From Pelagomonas calceolata (Eukaryota): a stretch of DNA of 64,000 nucleotides. Positions within the stretch are counted from its first letter, which is position 1; every line of letters begins with the position of its first letter. The notes under the pieces are model-generated. The model did not search any database. It had not been told where the DNA came from and saw only the letters and a program-made list of their open reading frames with translations. The stretch lies in NCBI GenBank assembly GCA_918797485.1, contig CAKKNE010000005.1, positions 4,588,001 through 4,652,000 on the forward strand. Direction: 5' to 3'. Position numbers and translations under genes: made by a program. Shown in pieces: positions 40,374 through 51,110 of the stretch.

Positions 40374-43244
40374 TTACTCAACTTCCTCCTCGGGAGCCGC
40401 GGCGGCGAAATCCCCAACAACGGGTAGGTCCGGTCCCGGAGCCACGACGGGCTCCGGCGCCGCCTCCCCCCGCCGCATCGGCGCGGTACAAATGGGACAC
40501 ACCAAAGGCCGCAGCGTCCGGTGCGCGTTCTCGAGGCACACCTCGAGGCACCCCCTATGTAATAAATGCGCGCACCGCGGCAGCTTGATCGGCGTCGTCC
40601 GCCTTAGGCGCCGCGCGCCGTCGACCTCGAAATTGTCGTGGCAGATGACGCAGATATCGTCGTACCTTTCGACGACGGCTTCGCTCGCCGGGACGAACAG
40701 CGCGCGCTCGTCCTTCGCCCTCGTGTTCAGCTGGAGCCACTCGCGGTGGTAGGCGACTTTCGCCCGCAGCTTCCCAAACGCGTGCTGCGCGTACAGCGAG
40801 AATAAGACCGACCCGGCCGTCGGCTCGAGCGCGCCGCGGATCAGCTCGTAGCCGTACCACGCCAGCGCCACGACGAGTTCGATACAGTGGCACCACAGCT
40901 CGCAGTAGTACGACGCGACGGCCCGTCTTGGAGATGGCTTCGCGCGCGCGTGGAAGCGCCACTCGAGGGCGAAGGCCTCGCGCGTCGGCCGCCGCAGCGC
41001 CGAGACGAGCATCGCGTCCTTGCCGAAGATCAACGTGCAGCAGACGTGCAGGAAGACTTGCGTCGTTCTGCTGACAGTACGCGCGCAGAGCGCTGCTGCC
41101 CTTAATTTCCGGGGTAGGGAGTAGCGCCAGAAAGCTCCGGTTTCCATGGTCCGGAAGTAGTATACAGAAGCGCCGACGACGAAGCCCTCGAGGAGCAGGA
41201 CGCAGAGCAGCAGCACTAGATGCGCGCGGACGCGTTTATACACAGCGGCGTAGCTCGCCTCCAGCGGCTCGTCGAGCGCGAGCCGCGCGGCCCGCGCCCG
41301 GCAGAGCTTCGCCACTAGGGCGACCGCGCCGGCAACCAAAGCCCCGAGGAACGCGTCGCGGAGCGACTCGTCCAGGCCGTCTTCTCCCTTGCGCAGGTCG
41401 CGCGCGAGCGCGATGGCCATCAACCACAAGGCCTCGTCTCCCGCGGCCTTGGTCGCGCCGCGCCAGTCGTCGGCTCCGACCCACGAAATGATGTGGCGCG
41501 TGAGCGCGACGACAGATAAAGCGAACCTCAAACTCGCGTTCAGCGCGAGCGCAACCACCACTCGCGGATGTTTCTGATAGGCGCTCACGAAGGCTGATGT
41601 TAGTTGTGAAGGCGTCGCGGCGGCCTCCCGCAGAATCATCAGGAGGAGCAGCGCGACGGGCACGACGAAATGGCCCTCGAATCTCCTCAACACCGCCCGC
41701 CACTCTGTCCGTGGCACAGGGTCAAAAGTAACTTCCCGCGGCTCGTCATCCTCGGACTCCGACGCCCAGCCCTCGCCACCGATCTGCGGCGTCGGCGCCA
41801 CGCCGAGTATGTCATCATTCTCGCGCTGGTCGAAGAACGGCCTATCCACATTTTCAAAGAGGACGCGCCGGCCCAGCCAGAGCGCCAGCATGAGGAACGC
41901 CGTGAGCACGGCGACGCCGACCGCCGCTAATACTAAAACGTCTTCCCGGTACTGCGCGTCCGCCCCATCCAGAATATCCTCCAGGGTCCCGTCGTCCAGC
42001 ACCTTGAGGAGCCACGTCGCGGCAATTGACTTCCAGCTTTCCGGCTTCGCCAGACGCGACAGCGCGCGCTCGACGCGCTTTAAACCTTCCGCAGACCCGT
42101 CCAATAAAGCATCTAGTAACGCGGGCACGTCCTCTCCAGACAACTTCTCCAGCGCGTCCTGACACACCGTGCCGCGCTGCGCCCTTAAGACAAAGGGCGC
42201 GCGCGTCGGCCAGTCGGACGCTATGATCCGAGCCTCCTCTTCTGTTAATTCAGCGTGCGCGACGGTGGACGCGCGATCCACAATACCCCACGCCGAGCGG
42301 GCCTCGGGCGGTTTCTGGGAAGCGCCGGCCTTGATCGTCCGCAAATAGTCGACGTCGTCCGAGGGCGTCTCGGGATTACGCTCGTTCGAGACGAACCAGT
42401 GCGACGTGCCGGAGGGCTGCGTGAACTGGGAAAGCGTGACGTCTCCCTGTATATATGTACACACCTCGCCCGCGCAGGGCCCGCGCGCGTACCATCCATC
42501 AATATAGCGGGACCCGCTGCCCACGATACACACGCCGGCGCAGGGTTCCGTGGAGCAGGGAAAGTCGAAATTGTCGGTCTGCCTGCCAGAGACACTTTCC
42601 AAGAACGCGGCGACGGTCGGCACCGGGTTCTTCTTGCTCTTCTGCAATATTGACTTTTGAATATCACCGTCGAAGTCGACCGTGAAGACCTGGCCGTCTC
42701 CCAGTTGCACTTGGACCTTCTGGTCGTTTGCGGACGGGAAGAGCTTGGCCAGATCTTCCGTCGAGATCTCGACCGTTCGAAAACCAGAGTTCTTCTTTGT
42801 TTTTGTCGGTTTCAGTAAATCCGCGAGCTCGCGCGCCTGCTTGGACAGCTCGGCCTCCAAACCCGCGAGGTCTCCCGCGCCAAATATTTTCGAGACCGCG
42901 TCGTCCTTGTCATCCTTATCGCTCGCCAGCAGCTTGTTCACGAAGGCCTCCAAAGATTCGGAGTCGTCACTTACGTCGAGGTCCTTCGCTTTTTTGCGCC
43001 GCTTCTTCTTTTGGGCCGGTGTCGCCGCGGCCGCGGATTGGACGGAGTTGGCTTCAAACAGCTGCTCCAAGAGCTGGTCCAGCGTCTTCTCGGCCGTCTT
43101 CTTCGGGCGGCGGCGCGGCTTCTTCTCATCGAGCTCGACGAGCGTCGACGTCGCCGCGCCCGTCGCGTTCGCGGTCGCGTTTTTGGTGGCGTTCTCGGCT
43201 CTGCAGCCGGCGGTGAGGACGAGGAGGAATGTGAGAGCTCGCAT
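40374..43244 (-). CDS. Multi-pass membrane RING-H2 E3 ubiquitin ligase (HRD1/gp78-like C-terminus)
   Basis: Signal peptide, several TM segments, RING-H2 CVICHDNF..LPRCAHLLHRGCL..CPIC. Confidence 0.75.
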   Translation of the reverse strand: MRALTFLLVLTAGCRAENATKNATANATGAATSTLVELDEKKPRRRPKKTAEKTLDQLLEQLFEANSVQSAAAATPAQKKKRRKKAKDLDVSDDSESLEAFVNKLLASDKDDKDDAVSKIFGAGDLAGLEAELSKQARELADLLKPTKTKKNSGFRTVEISTEDLAKLFPSANDQKVQVQLGDGQVFTVDFDGDIQKSILQKSKKNPVPTVAAFLESVSGRQTDNFDFPCSTEPCAGVCIVGSGSRYIDGWYARGPCAGEVCTYIQGDVTLSQFTQPSGTSHWFVSNERNPETPSDDVDYLRTIKAGASQKPPEARSAWGIVDRASTVAHAELTEEEARIIASDWPTRAPFVLRAQRGTVCQDALEKLSGEDVPALLDALLDGSAEGLKRVERALSRLAKPESWKSIAATWLLKVLDDGTLEDILDGADAQYREDVLVLAAVGVAVLTAFLMLALWLGRRVLFENVDRPFFDQRENDDILGVAPTPQIGGEGWASESEDDEPREVTFDPVPRTEWRAVLRRFEGHFVVPVALLLLMILREAAATPSQLTSAFVSAYQKHPRVVVALALNASLRFALSVVALTRHIISWVGADDWRGATKAAGDEALWLMAIALARDLRKGEDGLDESLRDAFLGALVAGAVALVAKLCRARAARLALDEPLEASYAAVYKRVRAHLVLLLCVLLLEGFVVGASVYYFRTMETGAFWRYSLPRKLRAAALCARTVSRTTQVFLHVCCTLIFGKDAMLVSALRRPTREAFALEWRFHARAKPSPRRAVASYYCELWCHCIELVVALAWYGYELIRGALEPTAGSVLFSLYAQHAFGKLRAKVAYHREWLQLNTRAKDERALFVPASEAVVERYDDICVICHDNFEVDGARRLRRTTPIKLPRCAHLLHRGCLEVCLENAHRTLRPLVCPICTAPMRRGEAAPEPVVAPGPDLPVVGDFAAAAPEEEVE

Positions 43245-43448
43245 CGCAGTCGTGCGGGCCGCCTATCAAAATTGCAGCTGAGCACCCAATCACTCTGAGC
43301 AGCCTTGCGGCCCCAAGGGCAGGCCGACGTTCGTTGGAAATCAGCTCACGCCTTAGGAATGGTTCGTACGCGACGTGTCGCAGAGTCTCGTAGCCGATCG
43401 TTCAGGCTGTCGAGCGTACGGCTCGCAAAACTTCGCGCAGCGCCGGGG

Positions 43449-43470
43449 CTAGCGGCCTGTAAGTCACTAG
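43449..43470. promoter_or_regulatory. CTAG bipartite upstream element
   Basis: CTAGCGGCCTGTAAGTCACTAG between divergent genes. Confidence 0.7.
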
Positions 43471-43632
43471 CAAGCAAAAAAAAATCGAGAACCCATCAGT
43501 TTCCAAACAGAGGCGTGTAGAGAGCGCCCCATATGACTCTCACGGCCTTTGAAAACCCCACAACTTGGCTGGCCAAGACTGGGTAGTGGCCTTCCATAAT
43601 CGAAGCGCGCACGCCACCACCGCGACGCAAAA

Positions 43633-44804
43633 ATGGCCGCTGCCGTGGTCTTCGAGGGCGCGACGGGCATCCCCAAGCAGCCCGGCGTCACGCACCCCAC
43701 GCCGGGCCTGCTCCATCAGATGACGAGCACGCCCTGGTTGGTCGACAAGCTGAGACCGCGCCGGATCGGCACGCTGCTCGTCTACGTGCGCCTGCCGAGC
43801 GGCCAGCTGTCGTCCTACAAGGTCGAGTCCAAGGACACCGTCGCGTCGCTGAAGAAGAAGGTCGCGGCGACGGCGGTCGCGCGCGCGCTCGAAGAAGAAC
43901 CGGCGACGGAGGCGCTGCTCTACATGGGCCGCGAGTTGGGTGATGACGAGACCTTCGAGGCGGCGCTCGTCGCGGACCGGGCCATGTTGGTCAGACCGGG
44001 CCGCGCGCGCGCGTCCGCGGACGATTTGAAGGCATTTGTATCGTCCCGTGCGGAAATCAAATTTCGCGGCGCCTTTGTTGCCGCAACAGCGCGTTGACCT
44101 CCACGCCATCGACGCGACGTCTCCTCGATGGCGTCGAGAAATGGACGCCGCGCGCAACCGTTGATGAGGAACTTGGTCGTGCCCGTGGCGTAGATCAATT
44201 TCTCCTCGCCTGTGTGGAAATCAAGAGTTCACGGCGCCTCGTGCTGAATCGTCGCGTCCACCTCCACGCCATCGACGCGCCGCCTGCTCGATGGCGTCCA
44301 CATAGGTCAAGACGACCAAGGCGCCCTCGACGGACACGCTATACGAGCGCATCAAGCGCGAGCCGAAGCGCGGCCTCGACCTCGACTACGACGTCCGGTC
44401 CTGGCCTGTGCGGAAATCAAAATTTTACTGCGCGTTCGTGCTGAATCATCGCGTCGTCCTCCACGCCGTCGACGCGATGCCTGCTCGATGGCGTGGCAAT
44501 GCCGGTTCTTATCCGCTCGACCGAGCCAGGTCGGCCGCGTCATCGCGGAGAAATGACTTAGTGAAGAATTATCGGGTGCACCCGACGCACTGGTTGATTT
44601 CCACACAGGTCCTGGCACTACCTCTACAAGCCCTACGCCCTGTACAAGCAGCCCGTCGACGGCGTCTCCCAATACCAGAGCGCCGAGTACGAGCTCACGG
44701 GCGACCAGGCCTGGCGCCGCGACTACTACTACGACGGCCCGGGCGACCAGGCCGTCGTGAACAACGCCTACGCCATGGAGCACGCGTGCGAGGAGACGGA
44801 GTGA
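43633..44804 (+). CDS. Ubiquitin-like domain protein; introns about 43990-44305 and 44398-44608
   Basis: VYVRLPSG..VESKDTVASLKKKV..LLYMGRELGDD (UBL). The spliced frame runs to TGA 44802-44804. Confidence 0.62.
44046..44305. mobile_element. Compound/nested introner remnants (two left TIRs) inside one intron
   Basis: CCGTGCGGAAATCAA at 44046 and CTGTGTGGAAATCAA at 44210, each followed by CTCCACGCCATCGACGCG. Confidence 0.7.
44406..44608. mobile_element. Introner element (intron 44398-44608)
   Basis: Perfect TSD GTCCTGGC; TIRs CTGTGCGGAAATCAA / TTGATTTCCACACAG. Confidence 0.92.
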
Positions 44805-45051
44805 TGAGTACACCGCCCGCCCGCGTAAGTGTAGGGTTTCTTGAAACTAATACTTATCCACGGGCATCGGATTCTCGCTGCGCGGCCCGAGCTCGACCGC
44901 GTCGCCGGACGGAGGCTTCCTCGCAGCGCATCGAAGCCGCGCGGAACAAAAAAGGGTCGCGAGCACGAACACAAGCAGGACGCACCGGTAGGTGGCCGCG
45001 TTGTAGAAGAGATGAGCGTCCGTGCCCTGTTTATCGAGTTCTTCATCGTCA

Positions 45052-45612
45052 TCATACTCGCTGTGAGCCACTCGCCGCGCGATCGGCGGCCCCAGCGTCA
45101 GGCAGAGGACGATCGACAGCGCGAGCGCATGTGTCTCGATTGAAATAGCACACCACTAGGAGGCACCCGATGCTGATGAGCACAATACCCGTGTAAAAGA
45201 GCGGGTCCCTTTTCTTTTTCCTCCCGCACGTGAGCCATGGAATTGGCTGACACCCGCACGTGAAGATGATACACGACACGAACCAGAACCCTAGGACCGC
45301 AAAGTCGCCGCGAGCCATCTCAGGCTCGGCGCCCGAGAACAAGCGTCGGGTCCGCGGAGGCAGTGGTGGTTGTTCGATTGCTTCTTCGGCTTCCGCGAGA
45401 ACGGGGAGGGCGGCGGCCTCTTCTTCCGTGGGGGCCTCTTCCCGTTCCCCGAACAAGAACGAGGTAAGCTTCGAGAAGAACGAAGGCTCGACGGCCTCCT
45501 CGGCCTGGCTGCGGCTTGGGCGCGCGACTCCAGAGACTCGGAGGCGGTCGCTTCCTCGTTGGGGGAAGCTGTCATCACGCAGCAGCAGCTGTCGGGGCAG
45601 CCGAATACGCAC
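45052..45612 (-). CDS. Hypothetical membrane protein
   Basis: ORF with two hydrophobic segments; start uncertain. Confidence 0.4.
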   Translation of the reverse strand: MRIRLPRQLLLRDDSFPQRGSDRLRVSGVARPSRSQAEEAVEPSFFSKLTSFLFGEREEAPTEEEAAALPVLAEAEEAIEQPPLPPRTRRLFSGAEPEMARGDFAVLGFWFVSCIIFTCGCQPIPWLTCGRKKKRDPLFYTGIVLISIGCLLVVCYFNRDTCARAVDRPLPDAGAADRAASGSQRV

Positions 45613-45770
45613 AGAACCGGTGAATTCGAGCGTGGTTATGCAAGCTGTTAATCGATGGAGCTGCCCGGCGCCGGGCTTAGCCAGCGCGCACTCGGTGCGA
45701 GAGCTGGGATCCAGACCACACCCGCACGTAAACGGAGGCGCACGAAGCGTCTTAGGCGAGGACGACGACG

Positions 45771-46493
45771 CTAGATGGGGTAGATCGCGTCGCCGTCGAC
45801 CATGATCGCGTTCTCCGCCTCGAGGTGGTCGAGGACCGCGGGCAGGTTCGGCACGGGCGTCTGGAGGAGCTGCTCGCGCAGCCGCTGCACGGAGACGTAG
45901 TGGTCGTCGTCGCCCGGCGAGAGCGCCGAGATCTGCTCGGACACGCGCGCGACGTCGACGGGCGAGAACGGCGTGAGCAGCGGGAGCGGCGGCGCGTTCC
46001 GCGGCGTCGTCGGCGCCGTACTCAAAACGTCGGGCGCCGGCGCCGGCGAGAGGGCCGGCGGCCGGCCGGGGCCCTTGCGCCTTCTTCTAGGCTCCGCCGC
46101 CGCGCGCTCGTGGACCAGCGGCGGCAAACCATCACTCTCGCCGACGTTCGCGTCGACTAACGCGTTGAAGTCCGCAAAATCTACACTATCGCGGCGCTGC
46201 AGGGGCTGGCCCTCGCTCCGCGCCGCCTGCGCCATGGCCTCGAGCGGGCCCGGCGACACGGCGCGCGGCCGCTTCGAGGCGCGCTCGACGTCTTCCATTG
46301 GACAGACCTCGTGGGCGTCCACCAACATCGACGTCTTGTCGGACCAGTAGACTTCGTAGCACTCCGTGTCGCGCGTCTCGAAAACTCTCAAAACCCAGAG
46401 CGGCCGCACGCCGCGCTTTGCACTGGGCAGGCGCCAGCGGCCGCCGTAGAGCACGGCTAAGTCCGTGCGAGCGTTGTCGGGGGCTTTGCTCAT
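45771..46493 (-). CDS. Hypothetical nuclear protein with C-terminal winged-helix resembling the MCM3 C-terminus
   Basis: C-terminus LDHLEAENAIMVDGDAIYPI; basic NLS-like RRRRKGPGRP. Confidence 0.5.
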   Translation of the reverse strand: MSKAPDNARTDLAVLYGGRWRLPSAKRGVRPLWVLRVFETRDTECYEVYWSDKTSMLVDAHEVCPMEDVERASKRPRAVSPGPLEAMAQAARSEGQPLQRRDSVDFADFNALVDANVGESDGLPPLVHERAAAEPRRRRKGPGRPPALSPAPAPDVLSTAPTTPRNAPPLPLLTPFSPVDVARVSEQISALSPGDDDHYVSVQRLREQLLQTPVPNLPAVLDHLEAENAIMVDGDAIYPI

Positions 46494-46823
46494 GGTGATA
46501 CGTGAGCTGTAGCGAGCTGTGGTGATGTGCACGAGCGGCGCTGCGGTTTTGCAGGAGCGCTTTTGAAATGGTGTGCTAAAACGCACTTTGCGGCGTCAAA
46601 AGCCAGGCGTTTCTTGGATGACAGCGATGTGGATGAAATGCAGCAGCTATGCGGCGTTGCACACTACAGCTGTCCGTTTTTAGTTTTAAACAGGCTGTGA
46701 AATCAAAATGCAGCTTTTTGAACTCGCATTTTTTTAGTGCAGATGTCCCGCCAACACGTCTAGGAGAGACGATTGGACCCCGTGGAGTCTCCTAGGGGTA
46801 CACTCTGGTCTGGCTGCGGCCTT

Positions 46824-46845
46824 CTAGTGTCTTACATGCCGCTAG
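46824..46845. promoter_or_regulatory. CTAG bipartite upstream element
   Basis: CTAGTGTCTTACATGCCGCTAG between divergent genes. Confidence 0.7.
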
Positions 46846-46996
46846 ATAATCTCGGACCGCGCGCGCTTGTATCAAGCAAGCGCATAAACTGCACTTGCGC
46901 GCTCTGAAGCACGGTCGCTGCTTGCCAGGGACCCGCCGCAGCGGTGCCCGGCGCCCGAGCGCGTCGCGTGCCCCACGCGTTGCATAAACACAAAAA

Positions 46997-48436
46997 ATGT
47001 CGAGCGCCCCCAAAAAACGCAAGCTCTCCATAGCGGTAGGAGACAAGGTCGACGCGCTCTGGCCCGCCGACGGCGAGTACTACCCGGCCAAGGTGCGCGC
47101 TATTAATGAAGACGGCACCATCGCGCTAGATTACGCGGACGGCGACCGGCGGAACGACGCCACAACTTCTGAACTGCGCTGCAAGAAGCCATTGCTGGAA
47201 GCGCCCACGACACCAGAGGCGCCGCCCTCGGAGCCGTCGGAACCGTCACCAATAAACCCGGACGACGCGCTGCGACTGAGCTACGCGCCCGACACCACGT
47301 CTCACAGAGAAACGGAGTACGAGGCCATCCGCCGCTTCTTCGCTGAAAGATTAGAACAAAGGCGCGGCGGCTCGTTGTACGTCTGCGGCGCGCCGGGCAC
47401 GGGCAAGACATTACATGTGGAGCGCGCGCGTGCTCACGTGCTCGGTTCCATCCCAACGCGCGATGCCAAAGCATGCTTCCTGCGGGGCACGGCCTTTGCC
47501 TCTGGTGATGCGTTTCTGAGGGCCGTGGCGAAGGGCGTTTGTTCCTCTTCCGTACTCCAGGGCGACCCGGAACGGGGCGAGCTTTTGTTGAGACTCAAGG
47601 AGACGTGCGACGCGGGAACCAAGACGAATCCCGTACTGAGGGTTGTGGTCGTCGACGAGATTGATTCTTTATTAAAATGCGGCGGCGAAGCCCTCAGAAA
47701 GGTTTATGGGCTAGCTACGAGGGAGACGTCGACGCTAGCTCTGGTCGGGGTCGCGAACGCGATTGATGTCCCTCGACGCGCCTTTTTTGGGGACATTCCC
47801 CGGAATTCCGAAGAAGCCTCGAGGCACGGCACCGTGGTATTTAGACCGTACGAGCACAAGCAGCTCGTCGACATCGTCAAGCAAAGGGTCGGCGAAGGTG
47901 TTTTTGCTGCGCCGGCCCTCGAGTTTGTCGCGCGCAAGGTCGCGGCTCATAGTGGTGATGCTAGACGTGCCTTGGATGCGTGTCGGGCGGCTCTCTTAAG
48001 CGCTAGGCGCCACGGTGAACATCCCGTGTCCATGGCGCGGGCCGCCGAGGCGATCCGGGAAAGTGGAGGCGCGACGCACGGGCCTTTGGCCGCCGTGGCT
48101 TCGTTGCCGCACCACGCGCACGTCGCTTTACGAGCGGCCTTGGACCTGTCCACGAACGCCGACCGGAGCTTCACGCGGTCTGCTTTAGCGACGGCCTATT
48201 CCAGGTTACAACCGCAATTAGGGCGGCGCGGCGACTGCGCGGGCGCGGCCGACGACAGCGTCGCTCTCCTAGAATCCGCGGGACTCGTCGGCGCGGCGCC
48301 GGACCGGCGGTCGAAGGCGCTCAAGGCGCGGAACCCGGGCCAGGCGAAGCTTCGGGTGCTGGTCGACGCCGACGACGCGCGCGCGGCGCTCGAGCGGGGC
48401 GCGCGGTCGTCGGCGCTCGCCGCGCGGGCGCGCTAG
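46997..48436 (+). CDS. Cdc6/Orc1-family AAA+ ATPase with N-terminal Tudor domain
   Basis: Walker A SLYVCGAPGTGKT, Walker B VVDEID, FRPY, ARKVAAHSGDARRALD; Tudor GDKVDALW..DGEYYPAKV..YADG. Confidence 0.85.
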   Translation: MSSAPKKRKLSIAVGDKVDALWPADGEYYPAKVRAINEDGTIALDYADGDRRNDATTSELRCKKPLLEAPTTPEAPPSEPSEPSPINPDDALRLSYAPDTTSHRETEYEAIRRFFAERLEQRRGGSLYVCGAPGTGKTLHVERARAHVLGSIPTRDAKACFLRGTAFASGDAFLRAVAKGVCSSSVLQGDPERGELLLRLKETCDAGTKTNPVLRVVVVDEIDSLLKCGGEALRKVYGLATRETSTLALVGVANAIDVPRRAFFGDIPRNSEEASRHGTVVFRPYEHKQLVDIVKQRVGEGVFAAPALEFVARKVAAHSGDARRALDACRAALLSARRHGEHPVSMARAAEAIRESGGATHGPLAAVASLPHHAHVALRAALDLSTNADRSFTRSALATAYSRLQPQLGRRGDCAGAADDSVALLESAGLVGAAPDRRSKALKARNPGQAKLRVLVDADDARAALERGARSSALAARAR

Positions 48437-48606
48437 GCGTGGTTGGGGACCTAAGACTCGTACGTTCATATCCTTTCTTGGGACGACAGTCCGACGACGA
48501 CTCCGCGGCGCAAGACCCGAGTTGCAAAAAACACAGCGCAATCGGGCAGCCTAAACGCAAATTATTGGACGCCACGAGCCCGCGGGCAGCCTCTCAGAAG
48601 AACAAC

Positions 48607-48882
48607 ATGGCGACATACACGCCTGGCATCGCGCCCCGCGATTTTGACAGCGGTGTGACCGCCGAGGAAGTGGAAGTCTGGAAAGCATCCGAAGCCCAGC
48701 GCAAGAAGAACGCCGAGATCGAGGGCACGGCGGCGACGCCGTCGGCGGCGACCGACGACCAGCTGCCCAACCCCTTAAAAACGACGCACGAGGTGGATCA
48801 GTACCACGACGAGCAGCGCGTGCGCGACGCCGAGATCAACGACGCGCTCAAGGAGATCGCGAGCGGCGCGCCTTCCAAATAG
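48607..48882 (+). CDS. Small hypothetical protein
   Basis: 91-aa ATG ORF with good context (AACAACATGG) and strong GC3 bias. Confidence 0.5.
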   Translation: MATYTPGIAPRDFDSGVTAEEVEVWKASEAQRKKNAEIEGTAATPSAATDDQLPNPLKTTHEVDQYHDEQRVRDAEINDALKEIASGAPSK

Positions 48883-48886
48883 AGTC

Positions 48887-50227
48887 ATGCGGCGCTTTGC
48901 TCTATTCGTCGCGGCGCGCGCGGCGCTGGCCGAGGTGGTCTGTGGCGGACATTCGGCGGCGTCGTGCGACCTCTGTCCGCAAGGCAACGGCGCGGCCTGG
49001 TGCAACGGCGAGTGTACGTGGTTGGATAACGAATGCACCTCGGGCTGCTACGGCGACGAGCAAGCCTCGTGTAGTGGCGATAGCTGCGAGTGGATTGACG
49101 CGACAGGCTCATGCCGCGATGCCTTGTCGGATTCCGTCCGCACGGCGTCCGTGCACCTCAACTACAGCCCGTCGGTCGCCCAGGCGGCTTTCTGGTGGCA
49201 GCGCGTCGAGCCGAGAGACGTTGCCGAGGCTACCTACTTTGCATCGAACGGCTTCCAGTACGGCTACGGCGGCGTCCAGCAACCCACGGATTCACTCGAT
49301 CGTGCCATTTTTTCTATATGGGATACCTGCGATACCGAGCACAACACGTGCGACGCCGATGACCTCGCCACCACCGTCGCGTGCGGGACTGGCGTGACTT
49401 GTACCGGCTTCGGGGGCGAGGGCACCGGTCGCAAGTCGCAGCTCGACGCGGAGCTCGGTGCCGGCCCGTACTACTACGTGACGCAAGCCCACGAGGTGGG
49501 CGATCGCGCCCAGTTTAGCGGGTATATCTGGTCTCAATCGCTTGGTTGGCGTTTCCTCAGCAGAATTGAGCTCAAGGCAGCAGCGGACATCGATGGACTG
49601 TATTCTTTCGTCGAGCAGTGGGTCGCCGGCGAGGACGCCGCACGCTCAGCGCGCTACGGACCGACGTACATGAGCGACGCGAGCGCTCCGACGACCTTTC
49701 ACCAGATCGACGAAGCGACGTTCTCCTACGGCACCCTCGAGAACCATAAGCACGTCAACGCGTGGGAATGTGCCTCAAACAGTATCGCCATCTCTACAGG
49801 CGGCGACACGGTCCAGGCGGCGGCGTCGGGGACGTCCTTCCCTTACGACCCCGCGGCGCCTCCCACAGAGCTGGTCGACTTTGCGGCGAAGGTGCCTTGT
49901 TTGCAAGCCGCAACCGCGACGGACGCCGTCGAGGCGTGCCTTGCGGCCCCAGCGCCGACGGCCGTGCCGACGGCCGCCGCGCCTTCGCCGTCGCCGAGCC
50001 CCACCATGTCGCCGCCCGACCACGTCGATTGCGCCGCGCTCTGGGATCCGGTCTGCGGCGGCGACGGCACGACCTACTCCAACGCCTGTCGGGCCGACGC
50101 TGCTGGCGTCACGTACGTGTCCGGTGCTTGTGCCGCCCAGGCGTTGAATTTCAACATTACGTCGGGCGCCGCGCCTCGGACGACTTCTGCCGCGCTGGCC
50201 GCGGCCGTCGCGGTGCTGGCGGCATAG
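48887..50227 (+). CDS. Secreted, probably GPI-anchored protein: Cys-rich N-terminus, DUF3472/5077-like domain, Kazal domain
   Basis: Signal peptide; SVHL..TYF..GYGGVQ..FSIWD..FGGEGTG..LYSFVEQW; Kazal CAALWDPVCGGDGTTYSNAC; hydrophobic C-terminus. Confidence 0.75.
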   Translation: MRRFALFVAARAALAEVVCGGHSAASCDLCPQGNGAAWCNGECTWLDNECTSGCYGDEQASCSGDSCEWIDATGSCRDALSDSVRTASVHLNYSPSVAQAAFWWQRVEPRDVAEATYFASNGFQYGYGGVQQPTDSLDRAIFSIWDTCDTEHNTCDADDLATTVACGTGVTCTGFGGEGTGRKSQLDAELGAGPYYYVTQAHEVGDRAQFSGYIWSQSLGWRFLSRIELKAAADIDGLYSFVEQWVAGEDAARSARYGPTYMSDASAPTTFHQIDEATFSYGTLENHKHVNAWECASNSIAISTGGDTVQAAASGTSFPYDPAAPPTELVDFAAKVPCLQAATATDAVEACLAAPAPTAVPTAAAPSPSPSPTMSPPDHVDCAALWDPVCGGDGTTYSNACRADAAGVTYVSGACAAQALNFNITSGAAPRTTSAALAAAVAVLAA

Positions 50228-50256
50228 CCCTTCCCCCTACAATTGAATAGTGAGCC

Positions 50257-50969
50257 TTACGACGACGAGGCGTTCGCCTCGGACCAGCTCTTCGTCGTGG
50301 GGACCTGCGTCTGGAGCCGCTCGGCGTACGGCGCCGCCAGCGTCAGCCGCCCGTTCTCCGAGCGGCGGATCAGGCGCCGCGCCGCGTCGGACTCGCTCCC
50401 CTTGGTGCTCTTCCAGGCGGCGCCGAGCCGTTCTAAACATTCCTCACGGCACCGCGAGTGGCTCAGGGCCCGCTTCGTCGTCTGTAGGCCCTCCGCGAGG
50501 TTCCGGCCCTAAGAGAACGCGCCGACGACCGTGAGGGGGAGCGGCTGTTTAGTGGACGTGTACTTGCGCATGAGGACGTTGCCGCCGACCTGTGTGGAAA
50601 TCAACCAGTGTGTCGGGTGCACCCGATAATTCTTCACTAAGTCATTTCTCGGCGATGACGCGGCCGTGCTGGCCCCGTCGAGCGGTGAGGAACCGGCATC
50701 GCCACGCCATCGAGCAGGCGGCGCGTCGATGGCGTGGAGGTCGACGCGGCGATTCGGGACGAACGCGCCGTAAATTTGATTTCCACACAGCCACCGACGG
50801 CGCCAACGGCGGCGGCGAGCGCTAGAAGACCAGCAAACTTGAAAGAAATCGGCGCGTCGTCGTCCAGGAAGTGGGGCTCTTTTCTTTGGCCGAGCGGCGG
50901 GCTCCGCGTCTGCGGCGACGCGTGGGACCGGCGCGAGTGCTTGTGCTTTTGCTGGTGGGGCCGAGGCAT
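50257..50969 (-). CDS. Hypothetical membrane protein; intron 50590-50798, 3' structure uncertain
   Basis: The frame continues across the introner (AVGA|VGGNVLMRK); the downstream exon assignment is ambiguous. Confidence 0.35.
50590..50790. mobile_element. Introner element (intron 50590-50798)
   Basis: Perfect TIRs; TSD CCGCCGAC / CCACCGAC. Confidence 0.9.
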
Positions 50970-51090
50970 TGTTGCGGCGTCGCGCAGTGATCGTGGTTAA
51001 TATGTATTAGTCTCGTGTCCTTTACGCCTAACACAAACGCCTCGCGCGGCGCGGCGCCGCGCACTCTCTCCGACCGTCTGTCTCGGCAGT

Positions 51091-51110
51091 CTAGTATGTC
51101 GTCACGCTAG
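51091..51110. promoter_or_regulatory. CTAG bipartite upstream element (degenerate)
   Basis: CTAGTATGTCGTCACGCTAG between divergent genes. Confidence 0.5.

Noticed and set aside
8552..43244. ERAD gene cluster (UBAC2-like, OS-9-like, HRD1-like)
   Set aside because: The genes are spread over 35 kb among unrelated genes, which is consistent with chance.
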